A stretch of DNA of 64,000 nt from Marispirochaeta sp. (GCA_963676835.2 CAXXFF010000002.1:1344001-1408000), one strand, 5' to 3'. Numbered from the stretch's first letter, positions 48,861 through 60,095 are shown. Numbers and translations are program-made. The notes: generated from the letters alone by a model not told the origin.

Positions 48861-49307
48861 TACTACTCCTTGTTATGTCTACAGTATAGTATCCCTGACG
48901 ATTTTCTTCCACCTGCTTTCTTCGATTGTGGTTAAAAACAACAGTTCTAAATTTAAGGCACTTCTAAAAACGTAGTATTTTTGCCATAGCCTAGGAGGAT
49001 AGATTTTATAGCGCCCGCGAACTCTTGTGGTAACAAGAGTTGAGGACCGCGGGAAATCTTGACGACGCAGGATATGGTGAAAAGAGTAGTTTTTAGTGGT
49101 GGCCTTTTGAGAATGATGCATCCATGGATACCGGATTTCTACGGAAATTGCCACATTCCGGGCAATTTTCCTTTACGAAACCCTTGGGCAACTCCTTTGG
49201 GGGAGGCAATTCTTCTATATCAATCTGTACGATTGCTATAATTAAAATTGCTTGGTTAAAAACAGCCAAATAGACGCGGGAGTGTTTTTAGGTATACACT
49301 CCCGGAC

Positions 49308-50201
49308 ATGAGATCCGGTGTACTGAAGAATGATTCCCTGCTGCTGTTGACTGCCATGATTTGGGGCTTCGCCTTCGTGGCCCAGCGGGTGGGGATGAAG
49401 ACAATTGGTCCTTTCACTTATAATGGAGTCCGTTTTGCTCTGGGAGCAGCAAGTCTGCTGCCGCTGCTGTTTATTCGCAGGGAGAAGCGGTCGGTAAACA
49501 CTGCTCCGCTGTTGCGGCGTCTGCTGATCGGCGGAATTACCGGTCTTTTCCTGTTTATTGCGGCATCCCTCCAGCAGGTGGGGCTGCTTTTTACCACCGC
49601 CGGGAAAGCCGGTTTTATTACCACCCTCTATGTGGTGTTTGTACCTCTGTTTGCCGTTGCCCTGGGACGCCGTACAGGAACCGCCGGATGGGTGGGGGTT
49701 GCCCTTGCTGTGGCAGGGCTTTACCTTTTGAGTGTTGAAAAAGGGTTCCGGGTTTCCCCGGGAGATCTTTTTGTTCTGGGAAGTGCAGTCTTCTGGTCGT
49801 TTCATGTCCTCTATATTGACCGCTACGGCCGGACTGTTGATTCAATAGAGCTTTCGGTTGTTCAGTATGTAGTCTGTTCAGTTCTTTGCCTGGGGACTGC
49901 TTTCATTCAGGAGACTCCCTCTGTTGGAGGAATCCTGGAAGCTGCAGTGCCGATCCTCTACGGGGGGATCTGTTCCGTGGGAATTGCCTATACCCTTCAG
50001 GTGATTGCCCAGAAACATGCCCCGCCGTCTCATGCGGCGATTATTCTGAGCCTTGAAGGCGCCTTTGCTGCCCTGGGGGGCTGGCTGCTGCTGGCTGAAG
50101 TACTTGATCCCCGGGCCCTTGCGGGATGTCTTTTGATGTTTTCTGCCATGCTCGCCTCCCAGTGGGATGTTATCTGGGGGAAGAGGGCAGATCACAATTA
50201 G
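49308..50201 (+). CDS. DMT/EamA-family transporter
   Basis: IWGFAFVAQ, TTAGKAGFIT, AYTLQVIAQK, IILSLE; about 10 TM. Confidence 0.9.
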   Translation: MRSGVLKNDSLLLLTAMIWGFAFVAQRVGMKTIGPFTYNGVRFALGAASLLPLLFIRREKRSVNTAPLLRRLLIGGITGLFLFIAASLQQVGLLFTTAGKAGFITTLYVVFVPLFAVALGRRTGTAGWVGVALAVAGLYLLSVEKGFRVSPGDLFVLGSAVFWSFHVLYIDRYGRTVDSIELSVVQYVVCSVLCLGTAFIQETPSVGGILEAAVPILYGGICSVGIAYTLQVIAQKHAPPSHAAIILSLEGAFAALGGWLLLAEVLDPRALAGCLLMFSAMLASQWDVIWGKRADHN

Positions 50202-50223
50202 GCTGTTCTTTTTGTTTGGCTCT

Positions 50224-52593
50224 TTACGGGGTGGACTCTGCAGAGAAAAGTGAGCGGATCTTTGTGAATACCTTTCTTAAGAGTGGGTCTTCTCCGGACT
50301 CATTTTCAATACGCTCCGCAGCGCTGCTGTTTCCCTCTTCCAGATATGATGCATACTGTTCTGTAATGGAGAGTGCTTCGCTTCGTGCTTCGCCGGCTCT
50401 GTATTCGGTAACCTTACGGGTGTACTCATCCAGTCCGGGGAAGATTCCGCTTATTTCGCTGTCTCTGAAGAAATCCTGCAGCACCTGCTCCGCCTTTGTA
50501 TAGTCCGATGCGGAGACATTTCCCCCGAGGAGGGAGTTCAGGTTGGCCTGATAGGCGGTGTAGCCCTTTGCCAGGGCGGTATAGCGGTCGTCGCCCTGCC
50601 TGCGGGTAACCACATCCACCAGCTCTACCACGGCAGCATCAAGATCCTTTTCCAGCTGTTTGCGCTGTTCCTCCGAGCGGGAGAGACTGGTCTGAGCGGT
50701 ACTCAGTTCTTTTCTGGAGGTGGACAGCTGGGTGGAGAGTTCGGATACCCTGGTATTAAGGCTGGCGATGGTCCTGTTTTTCTCGTCAACAGTTCCGCTC
50801 TGCTCTGCTTTAAGTTCCGCAAGCTGTTCATCGGAAAGAGATCCTTTAGATTCCTCGAGGGCTGAAAGCTGTTCCCTGGCTGCTGCAAGCTCTGTCTGCG
50901 CCTGATTCAGCTGATCTTCGTACTCCGCCAGCATGGTGCGGCCTTCGGAAATGAGGGCTTCCTGCTCTGCAATACGGGTATCCCGGTCTTCTGCTTCGGT
51001 TTTCAGGGTTTCGATTGTTTCCAGCAGTGCAGCTGCTTCTTCGCTCAACTCCTGGTCTCTGGCCGCAGCTTCGGCTTCGAGTTCTGCTATGCGGGTTTCG
51101 TACTCCGCTTTGAGGTCATCTATCTCCCGGCGGCTGTCGGCGGTAAGACGGTTCTGGTTGTCTGTATATTCTGAGGTAATGGTATTTTCTATCCGCTTCA
51201 CAGCTTCAACCAGCCGTTCGCTTTCTCCCGGAACTGCGGCAGCTGCAGCCAGTCGGTAGCTGCTCAGAGCCTGGTCTGTTGCACCGGTTTCCAGAAACTC
51301 CTGCCCCTGGGCAAGCAGTCTGTCCGCCCGGCTGTTGCGGGCCTCGGTTTCCAGAAGTGCAAGGTTTTCAACAGCCGCCTTTATGGAGGGCAGGGCAGTG
51401 ATGGCCTGATTGTACAGCTCTCTGGCTTCGTCTCTGCGGCCTTCAGTTTTAGCTGTCTCCGCCTGGGCAACCAGGGCTCTGGCGTTCAGCAGCCGCTGGG
51501 CTGTATTCACGAGGTCGCCGGTATCTGCGGATTCGGTATTCAGCTCTACTTCTATTTCCCCTTCCAGGGTATCCAGAATAAGCCGTTCCACCCCTCTCCG
51601 TTTGGCTATGCGGGGAAGGTTGTCAATTTTCGGATCATCCAGCAGGGTTCTTAATGAGGCAATTCCGGTCAGGGCTGCTTCATACTGCCCATTTTCCATG
51701 CTGTTCATGATGGACTGGTAGAAAGCGAGGATCTGATCGGTAACCAGGTTCTCTGTTTCCTGCAGCCGGGCTATCTCTTCGAGCCGTGCACGGGCGTCGC
51801 TTGATTCTGCGGTAAGCGCCTGACGTTCCGCTTCATAACGGGCGGTAAGTTCCGCCTCCCGTTCGGCGGCGTCGGCGGCAAGTTTCTCTTTTTCAGCGTT
51901 GGTTTGAACCAGAATCTGCTGAGCAGCATCCCTGGAGCGTGCCAGCTCTTCCTCTTTAGCCCGCAGGGCCGCCTGGGATTCTATACGGTACTCTTCTATT
52001 TTTGCCTGCAGTTCCTGCTGTTTCTGTATCTCAAAATCTCTGAGCCGGTTGTCCAGCTCTTCCGGGGTAATATCAAGCTTCTGCAGCCGGGCCCGCTCCA
52101 CCAGCAGGGCTGATTCCATCTCTGCCCGGAGTTCAATCTCACGTCTTTCCAGGGCAGTCTGAAAATCGGACTGGAGGTTTTTACTCTGTTCTTCTATCTT
52201 GCCCAGCTCTTCCTGGATCCGGAGAATCTCTTCCTCTTTTGCCGCTATGCGGGCATCGGATTCTCTCTTCAGTTCTTCTATCAGGCGGCCTTCGGCGCTG
52301 GCCACTGCGCTGACTTCCAGGTTCATACTTTCCTGGCGTGTTTCAAACATTCGGGAGGAGAGATAAAAAGTTGCTCCCACGGCGGCAATAGAAAGGGTGA
52401 TGATGATTGTAGGGAGCCAGAAGCTCCGTTTAAGAGGATTCAGTCTGAAGATTTCGTCAGAAACGGTAATCTGGTTCTGCTTTACAACTTCCTCTATCTC
52501 CGCAAGAATTTCGTTCCGTTCTTCTTCCGAGGCGAAGGTAAGCAGGTCATCCTGCTGGGGTGTGTCTGTAAACGGCTGATCCGGACTGCTCAT
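50224..52593 (-). CDS. Membrane-anchored long coiled-coil protein with TPR-like segment
   Basis: Single TM (FWLPTIIITLSIAAVGATFYL) followed by E/A/L/R-rich heptads. Confidence 0.75.
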   Translation of the reverse strand: MSSPDQPFTDTPQQDDLLTFASEEERNEILAEIEEVVKQNQITVSDEIFRLNPLKRSFWLPTIIITLSIAAVGATFYLSSRMFETRQESMNLEVSAVASAEGRLIEELKRESDARIAAKEEEILRIQEELGKIEEQSKNLQSDFQTALERREIELRAEMESALLVERARLQKLDITPEELDNRLRDFEIQKQQELQAKIEEYRIESQAALRAKEEELARSRDAAQQILVQTNAEKEKLAADAAEREAELTARYEAERQALTAESSDARARLEEIARLQETENLVTDQILAFYQSIMNSMENGQYEAALTGIASLRTLLDDPKIDNLPRIAKRRGVERLILDTLEGEIEVELNTESADTGDLVNTAQRLLNARALVAQAETAKTEGRRDEARELYNQAITALPSIKAAVENLALLETEARNSRADRLLAQGQEFLETGATDQALSSYRLAAAAAVPGESERLVEAVKRIENTITSEYTDNQNRLTADSRREIDDLKAEYETRIAELEAEAAARDQELSEEAAALLETIETLKTEAEDRDTRIAEQEALISEGRTMLAEYEDQLNQAQTELAAAREQLSALEESKGSLSDEQLAELKAEQSGTVDEKNRTIASLNTRVSELSTQLSTSRKELSTAQTSLSRSEEQRKQLEKDLDAAVVELVDVVTRRQGDDRYTALAKGYTAYQANLNSLLGGNVSASDYTKAEQVLQDFFRDSEISGIFPGLDEYTRKVTEYRAGEARSEALSITEQYASYLEEGNSSAAERIENESGEDPLLRKVFTKIRSLFSAESTP

Positions 52594-52770
52594 GATCTCC
52601 CTTGTTCCCTTTCCATTGGGCTTTCTCGGGTACGGTATTGCTCTCCGCGCATATATACCCGGTTCAAATATCGGCAGGGCCCTTTATAAATATTAGGCAG
52701 CTTTTGCGCGAATGTGTATTAAGTAAACAGCTTTTTACGCCGAATCTTTTAGTACAGGTGTAATTTCAAG

Positions 52771-54444
52771 GTGAGTATACGCGCAAAGATTATCCTCATA
52801 GTTGTTCCTCTTTTAGTGACGGCCCTGCTGATCAGCAGTACCATAAGCTCGTACTCGGCCCGCAGCGGTATGACCCGTATAGCCATGTCCTCCATGGCAT
52901 TCAAAGCCCAGGAACTGAACAAGTATATGGAGAGCCAGTGGAATCTGCTGGTAACCAATGAGCTTTCCGAAAATAAAGAGTATGTGGATGTTGCCCGCTC
53001 CGCCATGGAAGCCTATGCTGCCTCGGTGGTAAGTACTCCCACAGAGCTGATTTTCGCCTTTCCGGTTTCCACTGATTCCGGAGAAATGAATCCGGAACTT
53101 TCAACAGGTGAATTAGAACTGACCGATGCCGACAGAGCGGCACTGCAGGCTCTTGCTCTTGAGGATAAGCGAGGCTGGCTTGAGTTTTCATTAAACGGCA
53201 ATCCCCGGGTAGGGCATGCTTTCCGCTTTTCGCCCTTTGACTGGATGGTGATTGTCTCTGAAGATTCCTCTGCGTTTTATAAGGAAGTTACAGAGCTTAC
53301 TACCCGCAACTATATGGTTCTCGGCGGATCTATAGTTATTTCTATTATTATCCTGCTTATTGTTACCGGTGTTATTACCCGGCCTCTGACCCGGGTGGCG
53401 TCCACCATGAAGGAAATTATCAACGACAGTGATCTCTCCCGGCGGGTTCCGGTGGAGTATAACGATGAGACCGGGGATCTTGCCAATACCTTCAACATAA
53501 TGGCAGAGGGGCTGAACAAGGCCTCGGAAAGCGTTAAAAGCCAGGCGTTGAAAGCGGTGATGGCCCAGAAAAATGAGCACAAGATCCGCAATATCTTTCA
53601 GAAATATGTTCCCAAGGATGTAATAGACTCTATTTTTGATAATCCCGAGTCAATGCTGAAAGGGGATAACCAGATTGTCGCCATCCTCTTCTCCGATATC
53701 CGCTCCTTTACCACCATCTCCGAAGGCTACATGCCGGATGAGCTGGTAAATGTCCTTAATGAGTACTTCGAGATTATGGTTGATATTATCATGGAGCATG
53801 GGGGAATCATCGACAAGTATATCGGTGATGCCATCATGGCCTTTTTCGGTGCTCCGGTAAAATACAAGAATGATGCCCTCAATGCGGTTGCGGTTGCCCT
53901 GAAGATGCAGGCAGCCCTGCGTGTTTTCAACCGGAATCTCGAGGAAAAAGGCAAGCCCAAGTTTATTACCGGAATTGGAATTAACTACGGAATGGTTACG
54001 GTGGGTAATATCGGCAGCCAGAAGAAGATGGACTACACCATTATCGGAGACATGGTAAACCTCGGCTCCCGCCTGGAGGGCCTCACTAAACCCTACAAGC
54101 AGGACGTAATATTTTCCGAAAGTGTCTACCGCAAGGTAAAGGATACCTATCCCTGCCGTCTGGTTGATAAGGTTCAGGTAAAGGGAAAGACCGTTGGAGC
54201 CAATATCTACACCGCCTATGAAGAGGTGAATGTCCGCCAGGAGCAGGCTCTGAAGATTCACCATGCCGCCATGTCCCGTTACTATGCCCTGGATTTTACA
54301 GGAGCCCGGCAGTACTTTGAAGCGCTGTTGAAGATTGTTCCCGATGATTATCTGGCCGGAATGTATCTTGAACGCTGTACCCGTTATATTACCGATCCTC
54401 CTCCTTCCGACTGGAACGGCGTGGAAATTCTAACCAGTAAATAG
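52771..54444 (+). CDS. Class III adenylate cyclase with periplasmic sensor, HAMP and C-terminal TPR-like region
   Basis: LFSDIRSFT, DKYIGDAIM (ATP-specifying K), MDYTIIGDMVNLGSRLE, VKGK. Confidence 0.92.
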   Translation: MSIRAKIILIVVPLLVTALLISSTISSYSARSGMTRIAMSSMAFKAQELNKYMESQWNLLVTNELSENKEYVDVARSAMEAYAASVVSTPTELIFAFPVSTDSGEMNPELSTGELELTDADRAALQALALEDKRGWLEFSLNGNPRVGHAFRFSPFDWMVIVSEDSSAFYKEVTELTTRNYMVLGGSIVISIIILLIVTGVITRPLTRVASTMKEIINDSDLSRRVPVEYNDETGDLANTFNIMAEGLNKASESVKSQALKAVMAQKNEHKIRNIFQKYVPKDVIDSIFDNPESMLKGDNQIVAILFSDIRSFTTISEGYMPDELVNVLNEYFEIMVDIIMEHGGIIDKYIGDAIMAFFGAPVKYKNDALNAVAVALKMQAALRVFNRNLEEKGKPKFITGIGINYGMVTVGNIGSQKKMDYTIIGDMVNLGSRLEGLTKPYKQDVIFSESVYRKVKDTYPCRLVDKVQVKGKTVGANIYTAYEEVNVRQEQALKIHHAAMSRYYALDFTGARQYFEALLKIVPDDYLAGMYLERCTRYITDPPPSDWNGVEILTSK

Positions 54445-54591
54445 CCGGCTTCCACCTTAGCCTGGGAGGGCCTGATCCGCGGGTTAAAGTTTTTTCCGTT
54501 ATGGGTTACTGTCTTCAGGACTGCTTGTCTCTGCTTCTTAATCATCAGCACCGGCTTGCGTTAACTTTTTCTGAAACGGACAGATGCCTCA

Positions 54592-55317
54592 ATGAAATAT
54601 ACCATCGACCTTCATACCCATTCTATTTCATCAAACCATGCCTACAGCACCCTGCAGGAGATGGCCGCCCATGCCCGGGATACGGGTATTACAACCTTTG
54701 CTCTTACTGATCACGGGCCCGCTCTCCCCGGCGGGGCTCATGAGTATCACTTCGGGAATATGAAGATCCTGCCGGAAACCATTTACGGCGTCGAGGTTCT
54801 CAAGGGTATCGAGGCGAATGTAACCAGCGAAGAGGGGGAGATTGATCTTGCAGGTGAAAGACTTGAACTTCTTGATATCGTGCTGGTTGGTTTTCACCGG
54901 GACAGCGGGTATAACAGCATATCCGTTGAGAAGAACACCGAAACCGCAGTTAAGCTCTTCGCATCAAACAAAGTCGATATTATGACTCATCCGGGTAACC
55001 TGGAGTATCCTGTTGATCTCCATGAACTTGTGGCAGCTGCAGGCAGGTACAATGTAGCCCTGGAGATGAATAACAGCTCCTTTGTGGCCAGCCGCAAACA
55101 TTCCAGCGATAACTGTAAACAGCTATTGTCCATAGCCAAAGAGGCGGGCATCTATATTTCCCTTGGCAGTGATTCCCATATCTCCTTCGATGTTGGACGG
55201 CTCGATATTGTTGCCGGGCTTGTTGAGGATATCGACTATCCCCGGGATAAAATACTCAACACAAGCCGAGAGCTACTGGCGGAGTTTCTTTCCATACGGC
55301 ATTCAAAAAGCAGATAA
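54592..55317 (+). CDS. PHP-domain phosphatase (YcdX-like)
   Basis: DLHTHS, HAYST, TDHGP, HPGN, GSDSH. Confidence 0.88.
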   Translation: MKYTIDLHTHSISSNHAYSTLQEMAAHARDTGITTFALTDHGPALPGGAHEYHFGNMKILPETIYGVEVLKGIEANVTSEEGEIDLAGERLELLDIVLVGFHRDSGYNSISVEKNTETAVKLFASNKVDIMTHPGNLEYPVDLHELVAAAGRYNVALEMNNSSFVASRKHSSDNCKQLLSIAKEAGIYISLGSDSHISFDVGRLDIVAGLVEDIDYPRDKILNTSRELLAEFLSIRHSKSR

Positions 55318-55420
55318 AGTTTCAGGATAACTTTTTTACCTTCTTAAATTTCCGGACAGAGGCTTGCATTAATATGTTCTAACTGTTAAAACAGGTAAAA
55401 CAAGCAAAAAAGAGGTGATT

Positions 55421-56092
55421 ATGCCGGCAGTGCGGGAATGGTCCGGAGAACCGAAGACCAAGGAAGAGCAGGTATACGAGCAGTTAAAGGAGCTCATTCT
55501 GAAAGGGGAAATTCCCGCAAAGGAGTTTCTTTCCCAGAGAACTCTGGCTGCAAAGGTTGATGCGGCGGTGATTACCGTACGGGCGGCCCTGCGACAGCTG
55601 GAGAGTGACGGTCTGGTTGAGAATGTGCCCCGCTGGGGGGTCCGTCTTCCGGAAGAGACCGAAGCCACCCTGACGGACCGCTACTACATGCGGACTCTCT
55701 TCGAGTGCGAAGCGGTACGGCAGCTTGTACGCAGGAGGGACAGTCTTGATCCTGCGCCCCTGCTTGAGCTCGCCCGGGAGTGTGATCGTATTGACCTTGA
55801 TCCGGAAGGGGATGCGGAAGCCTTCGGTAATGTCCATTATGCCTTTCACCGCGAGATCGTGGCTTTAACTGAATCGCCCCTCATGAGCCGGATGTTTGAG
55901 CGGATCAACCTGAAAAACCTCTTTTTCTGGAATGCCTATCACACCTGGCATGGAATTGATTCCCGTCATCTGGGCGACCATGAGGCCCTGGTTAACAGTC
56001 TCTTTTCTCTGGATGAAGCGGCTGCCGCAGAGCTTATGGAAGCACATGTTCAGAGGGGACTCTCCTTTGAACTCAAAGGAATAAATGCATAA
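55421..56092 (+). CDS. GntR/FCD-family regulator
   Basis: VYEQLKELILKG, VRAALRQLESDGLV; upstream of uxuA. Confidence 0.85.
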   Translation: MPAVREWSGEPKTKEEQVYEQLKELILKGEIPAKEFLSQRTLAAKVDAAVITVRAALRQLESDGLVENVPRWGVRLPEETEATLTDRYYMRTLFECEAVRQLVRRRDSLDPAPLLELARECDRIDLDPEGDAEAFGNVHYAFHREIVALTESPLMSRMFERINLKNLFFWNAYHTWHGIDSRHLGDHEALVNSLFSLDEAAAAELMEAHVQRGLSFELKGINA

Positions 56093-56146
56093 AACCCCGG
56101 AGAAGAACGGACTTCGGGATAATTTAAATTTCTAAGGACAGTTATT

Positions 56147-57361
56147 ATGAGCATGGAACAGACATGGAGATGGTACGGACCGGAAGACCCGGTAACCCTC
56201 AACGATATCCGGCAGGCGGGTGCCACCGGAATTGTAACCGCACTGCATGATATCCCCATCGGGGAAGTGTGGCCTGTTGAGGAGCTTGAGAAGCGTAAGC
56301 GCATGATCGAGTGGGACGACTCGGTAAGCCCCGCACGGAACCGGGGACTGAGCTGGTCGGTTATAGAGAGTATTCCCGTCCACGAGGATATCAAGCTCGG
56401 TCTTCCCTCCAGGGAGAGATTCATCGAACAGTACAAGCAGAGCATCCGCAATGCCGGCAGTGTCGGGGTAAAGACTGTCTGCTATAACTTTATGCCCATT
56501 CTGGACTGGACGCGGACGGATCTTGAGTTTCAGCTTGAAGATGGTTCCCTTGCTCTGCGTTTTGATATGGACGAGTTTGCCGCCTTCGATCTCTATATGC
56601 TCAAACGCCCGGGGGCGGAACAGGAGTGGGATGCAGAGCGTCAGAAATCTGCCCTTGAGGCCTTTGAGGCCATGTCCGGGGAGGACAAGGCCCTGCTTCA
56701 GCACAACATTATTGCCGGCCTCCCGGGAGGGCAGGAGGGCTATACCCTGAAGCAGTTTCAGGCAAAACTGAATACCTACAGTACAGTGGATGATGCCGCC
56801 CTGCGGGAGAATCTTGCCTACTTTCTTAAAGCTATAGTACCTGTGGCCATTGAGGCGGATGTAAAGCTTGCCATCCATCCCGATGATCCTCCCTATCCTT
56901 TATTCGGTCTTCCCCGCATAGTCAGTACCGAGGATGACCTGCGCCAGATTCTCAGTGTCTATGACACCGTCTACAACGGGTTTACCCTCTGCACCGGCAG
57001 CTATGGTGTGCGGGCGGATAACGATCTGGTGCATATGGTGGAGAAGTACGGAACCAAGCTTAACTTCGCCCACCTCCGCAGTACCCAGCGGGAGGCTGAC
57101 GGAAGCTTTTTTGAGGCAGCCCACCTGCAGGGAAATGTGGATATGTACCGGGTAATGCGGGCAATCCTCAAAGAGGAGAAGCTCCGGATTGCCCTGGGCC
57201 GGCGGGATTCAAGCATTCCCATGCGGGCGGACCACGGCCATACCATTCTGGATGACCTGAACAAGAAGACCAACCCGGGCTATTCGGCCATTGGTATTCT
57301 CCGGGGTATGGCGGAACTCCGGGGTCTTGAACTGGGACTCGAACGGAGCGGGGCTATCTAG
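56147..57361 (+). CDS. uxuA: Mannonate dehydratase
   Basis: [53 protein letters not shown]. Confidence 0.96.
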   Translation: MSMEQTWRWYGPEDPVTLNDIRQAGATGIVTALHDIPIGEVWPVEELEKRKRMIEWDDSVSPARNRGLSWSVIESIPVHEDIKLGLPSRERFIEQYKQSIRNAGSVGVKTVCYNFMPILDWTRTDLEFQLEDGSLALRFDMDEFAAFDLYMLKRPGAEQEWDAERQKSALEAFEAMSGEDKALLQHNIIAGLPGGQEGYTLKQFQAKLNTYSTVDDAALRENLAYFLKAIVPVAIEADVKLAIHPDDPPYPLFGLPRIVSTEDDLRQILSVYDTVYNGFTLCTGSYGVRADNDLVHMVEKYGTKLNFAHLRSTQREADGSFFEAAHLQGNVDMYRVMRAILKEEKLRIALGRRDSSIPMRADHGHTILDDLNKKTNPGYSAIGILRGMAELRGLELGLERSGAI

Positions 57362-57430
57362 TTATCCAGGTTCTCTCCTCTTTTGACTCTTCTTTGACTC
57401 TTCCTTTTTTCTGTGGAATACTCATGACCA

Positions 57431-59656
57431 ATGGGAACAGAAACAAGAATTGTAACCACAAGCGGCGGCCACAACTGCGGCGGCCGCTGTCTTTTTGATG
57501 TTTATGTGGAGAACGGCCGGGCCGTAAAAATCCGGGGATCTGAACGGACCTTCGGTCCGGACAATCTTAAACTGACCCCCTGCAGCCGGGCTGGAAGCTA
57601 CATTGAGCGGCTGAATCATCCCGACAGGCTGAAGTATCCCCTGCGTAGAACCGGCAGGCGGGGAGAGGGCAGTTTTGAACGGATCAGCTGGGACGAAGCC
57701 CTGGATACGGTTGCATCGGAACTTACCCGTATAAGCAGCAAGTACGGACCCCAGTCGCGGTGGGTAAACTACGCCACCGGTTCCCTGGGAAAGCTTGCGG
57801 AGCGGATGTTCTTCAAGCGCCTTCTTGCCCTTACCGGGGGCTACCTCGACAGCTATAACACCTATAGCAATGCCTGCACTGTACAGGCCACACCCTATAC
57901 CTACGGAACAGCGGTAACTGCCAGCTCCCGGGATACCTGGTTTCATTCAAAGCTGATAATTCTCTGGGGCCATAACCCTGTTGAGACAATCTTCGGTACC
58001 GGAACCGGCTGGTACCTGAAAGAGGCCAAAAAGCGGGGAGCCCGCATTATAGTCATTGATCCCCGGCGTTCCGACTCTGCTAAAACCCTGGCGGACTGGT
58101 GGATTCCCGTTCGGCCCACCACGGACAATGCTCTGATGGATGCCATGACCTGGGTAATGATCACGGAGAATATCTATAACAGAGAGTTTGTGGAGAAATT
58201 CTGTATAGGCTTTGACGAAGAGAGTATGCCCGAAGGTATAGCGGAGGGGCATTCCCTTTCCGCATATGTTCTTGGAACCCATGACGGTGTTGCCAAAACT
58301 CCCGAGTGGGCCGAAGCCATCTGTGGGGTGCCTGCGGATGATATAAGGAAGCTTGCCCGGGAGTTTGCTCTTTCAAAACCGGCTGCTCTTGTGCAGGGCT
58401 GGGGACCTCAGCGGCATGCCTACGGCGAGCAGCCCGCCCGGGGAGCAACGGTGCTGGCGGCAATTACCGGAAATGTCGGGATCGACGGGGGCTGGGCATC
58501 CGGGGCTGCTCAGGGACGTCGGGTCCCCCTTGCATCTGTGGTGCCGGAGAACCCGGTTAAGGCTTCCATTCCTATTTATATCTGGCCTGACGCCATAGAG
58601 AAAGGTACCAGCCTCGGCGCAGACGACGGCCTGGTGGGGGCTGATAAGCTTGATTCAAATATCAAGTTTATTGCAAATCTGGCGGGGAATATTATTGGCA
58701 ATCAGCATTCCGATATTAATGCTACAGCTGAACTGCTGGCAGACGAGAGTAAATGTGAGTTTATCCTGGTTGCCGATGAGTTTATGACCAACAGCGCCAG
58801 ACTTGCCGATATAGTTCTTCCAAGTACCAATTTTATGGAGCGCATTGATATTCTCGAGTCGGGCAACCAGGGGCGCTACGCAGTATTTCTTGAGAAAATA
58901 GTAGAGCCTGAGTTTGAACGGCGTACCGGCTACGACTGGATAGCCGAAATCGCGGACAGAATAGGTCTGGGCTCTGAGTTTCGGGAAGGGCGCAGCTATG
59001 AGGACTGGGCTCGATATGTTGTGGCGGAAACTCAGAAGAGGGTCCCTGACTTCCCGGATTTTGAAAAATTCCGCAGAGAGAGCATCTATTTTCCCGAATC
59101 AGGCGCCCCTTATGTGGCCTTTCGTGAGCAGATAGAGGACCCTGCCAACAACCCCTTTCCAACACCCTCAGGAAAGATCGAGCTCTTTTCAGAGCGGCTG
59201 TATAGAATGAATAAGCCCGATGTTATTCCGGCAGTGCCCAAATATGTTCCCGCCTGGGAAGGGCCGGAGGATCCCCTGATAAAGGAGTTTCCCCTCCAGC
59301 TTATCGCCTGGCACAGTAAGCGCAGTGCACATTCCACCTTTGCCAATCTGGAGCGTGCCGAAAAGGTGGTCGCTATGCATGTGAGCATGAACACTCAGGA
59401 CGCCGCAGCCCGGGGTATTGGTGATGGTGATCTGGTGAGGATATTCAACAGCAGGGGTGAAGTCCGGGTTCCTGCTAAAGTGAGTGATGATATTATGGCC
59501 GGCGTTGCCGCACTTCCTCAGGGAGGCTGGCCCCGGCCGGACGCCTCGGGAGCAGACCGTGGGGGATGTATCAACACCCTGACTAAATATCAGCCTACTC
59601 CCCTGGCGAAGGGAAACCCCCAGCATACCAACCTGGCGGAGATTGAGAAGGTGTAA
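57431..59656 (+). CDS. DmsA/YnfE-family molybdopterin oxidoreductase catalytic subunit, no Tat signal
   Basis: HNCGGRC...C Fe-S motif, PDRLKYPLRR, ISWDEA, TYS (Ser ligand position), TPSGKIE, KGNPQHT. Confidence 0.88.
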   Translation: MGTETRIVTTSGGHNCGGRCLFDVYVENGRAVKIRGSERTFGPDNLKLTPCSRAGSYIERLNHPDRLKYPLRRTGRRGEGSFERISWDEALDTVASELTRISSKYGPQSRWVNYATGSLGKLAERMFFKRLLALTGGYLDSYNTYSNACTVQATPYTYGTAVTASSRDTWFHSKLIILWGHNPVETIFGTGTGWYLKEAKKRGARIIVIDPRRSDSAKTLADWWIPVRPTTDNALMDAMTWVMITENIYNREFVEKFCIGFDEESMPEGIAEGHSLSAYVLGTHDGVAKTPEWAEAICGVPADDIRKLAREFALSKPAALVQGWGPQRHAYGEQPARGATVLAAITGNVGIDGGWASGAAQGRRVPLASVVPENPVKASIPIYIWPDAIEKGTSLGADDGLVGADKLDSNIKFIANLAGNIIGNQHSDINATAELLADESKCEFILVADEFMTNSARLADIVLPSTNFMERIDILESGNQGRYAVFLEKIVEPEFERRTGYDWIAEIADRIGLGSEFREGRSYEDWARYVVAETQKRVPDFPDFEKFRRESIYFPESGAPYVAFREQIEDPANNPFPTPSGKIELFSERLYRMNKPDVIPAVPKYVPAWEGPEDPLIKEFPLQLIAWHSKRSAHSTFANLERAEKVVAMHVSMNTQDAAARGIGDGDLVRIFNSRGEVRVPAKVSDDIMAGVAALPQGGWPRPDASGADRGGCINTLTKYQPTPLAKGNPQHTNLAEIEKV

Positions 59657-59675
59657 TATCAAAAAGGAAAATCAT

Positions 59676-60095
59676 ATGAAAAAAGAATGGAACCAATCCG
59701 AAATTGTTCTCTACACGACCCCCGAAGGGGATATTAAAGTAGATGCCATTTTACAGAACGAAACCATCTTGCTTACCCAGAATGGTATGGCGGAATTATT
59801 TGGAGTGCAAAGACCGGCTATTACAAAACACTTAAAAAATATTTTTGACACTGAAGAACTGAATGAGAAAGTGGTTAGTTCTGTTTTGGAACATACCACT
59901 CCTCATGGTGCAATAGAGGGAAAAACGCAGACAAAAGAAGTAAAGTATTACACACTTGATGCCATTATAGCTGTAGGTTACAGGGTTAATTCCAAACGTG
60001 CCACGCATTTCAGGATTTGGGCAACTGATATTCTGAAGGAATATATCATTAAAGGCTTTTCCATGGATGATGTACGCTTGAAGAGCTGGAAATAA
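59676..60095 (+). pseudogene. rhuM: Truncated RhuM-family (virulence/DNA-binding) protein
   Basis: LTQNGMAELF, ITKHLKNIF, YYTLDAIIAVGYRVNS.RATHFRIWAT, KGFSMDD.RLK then stop; C-terminal half missing; AT-rich. Confidence 0.7.

Noticed and set aside
49060..49175. Possible purine riboswitch (GGATATGG and TTTCTAC words)
   Set aside because: Spacing and P2/P3 stems do not fit the aptamer.
57382..57403. TTTGACTCTTC tandem duplication upstream of the molybdoenzyme
   Set aside because: Only two copies in a pyrimidine-rich tract; could be simple slippage.
57431..59656. Selenocysteine recoding in the molybdoenzyme
   Set aside because: The ORF has no in-frame TGA and has Ser at the ligand position.
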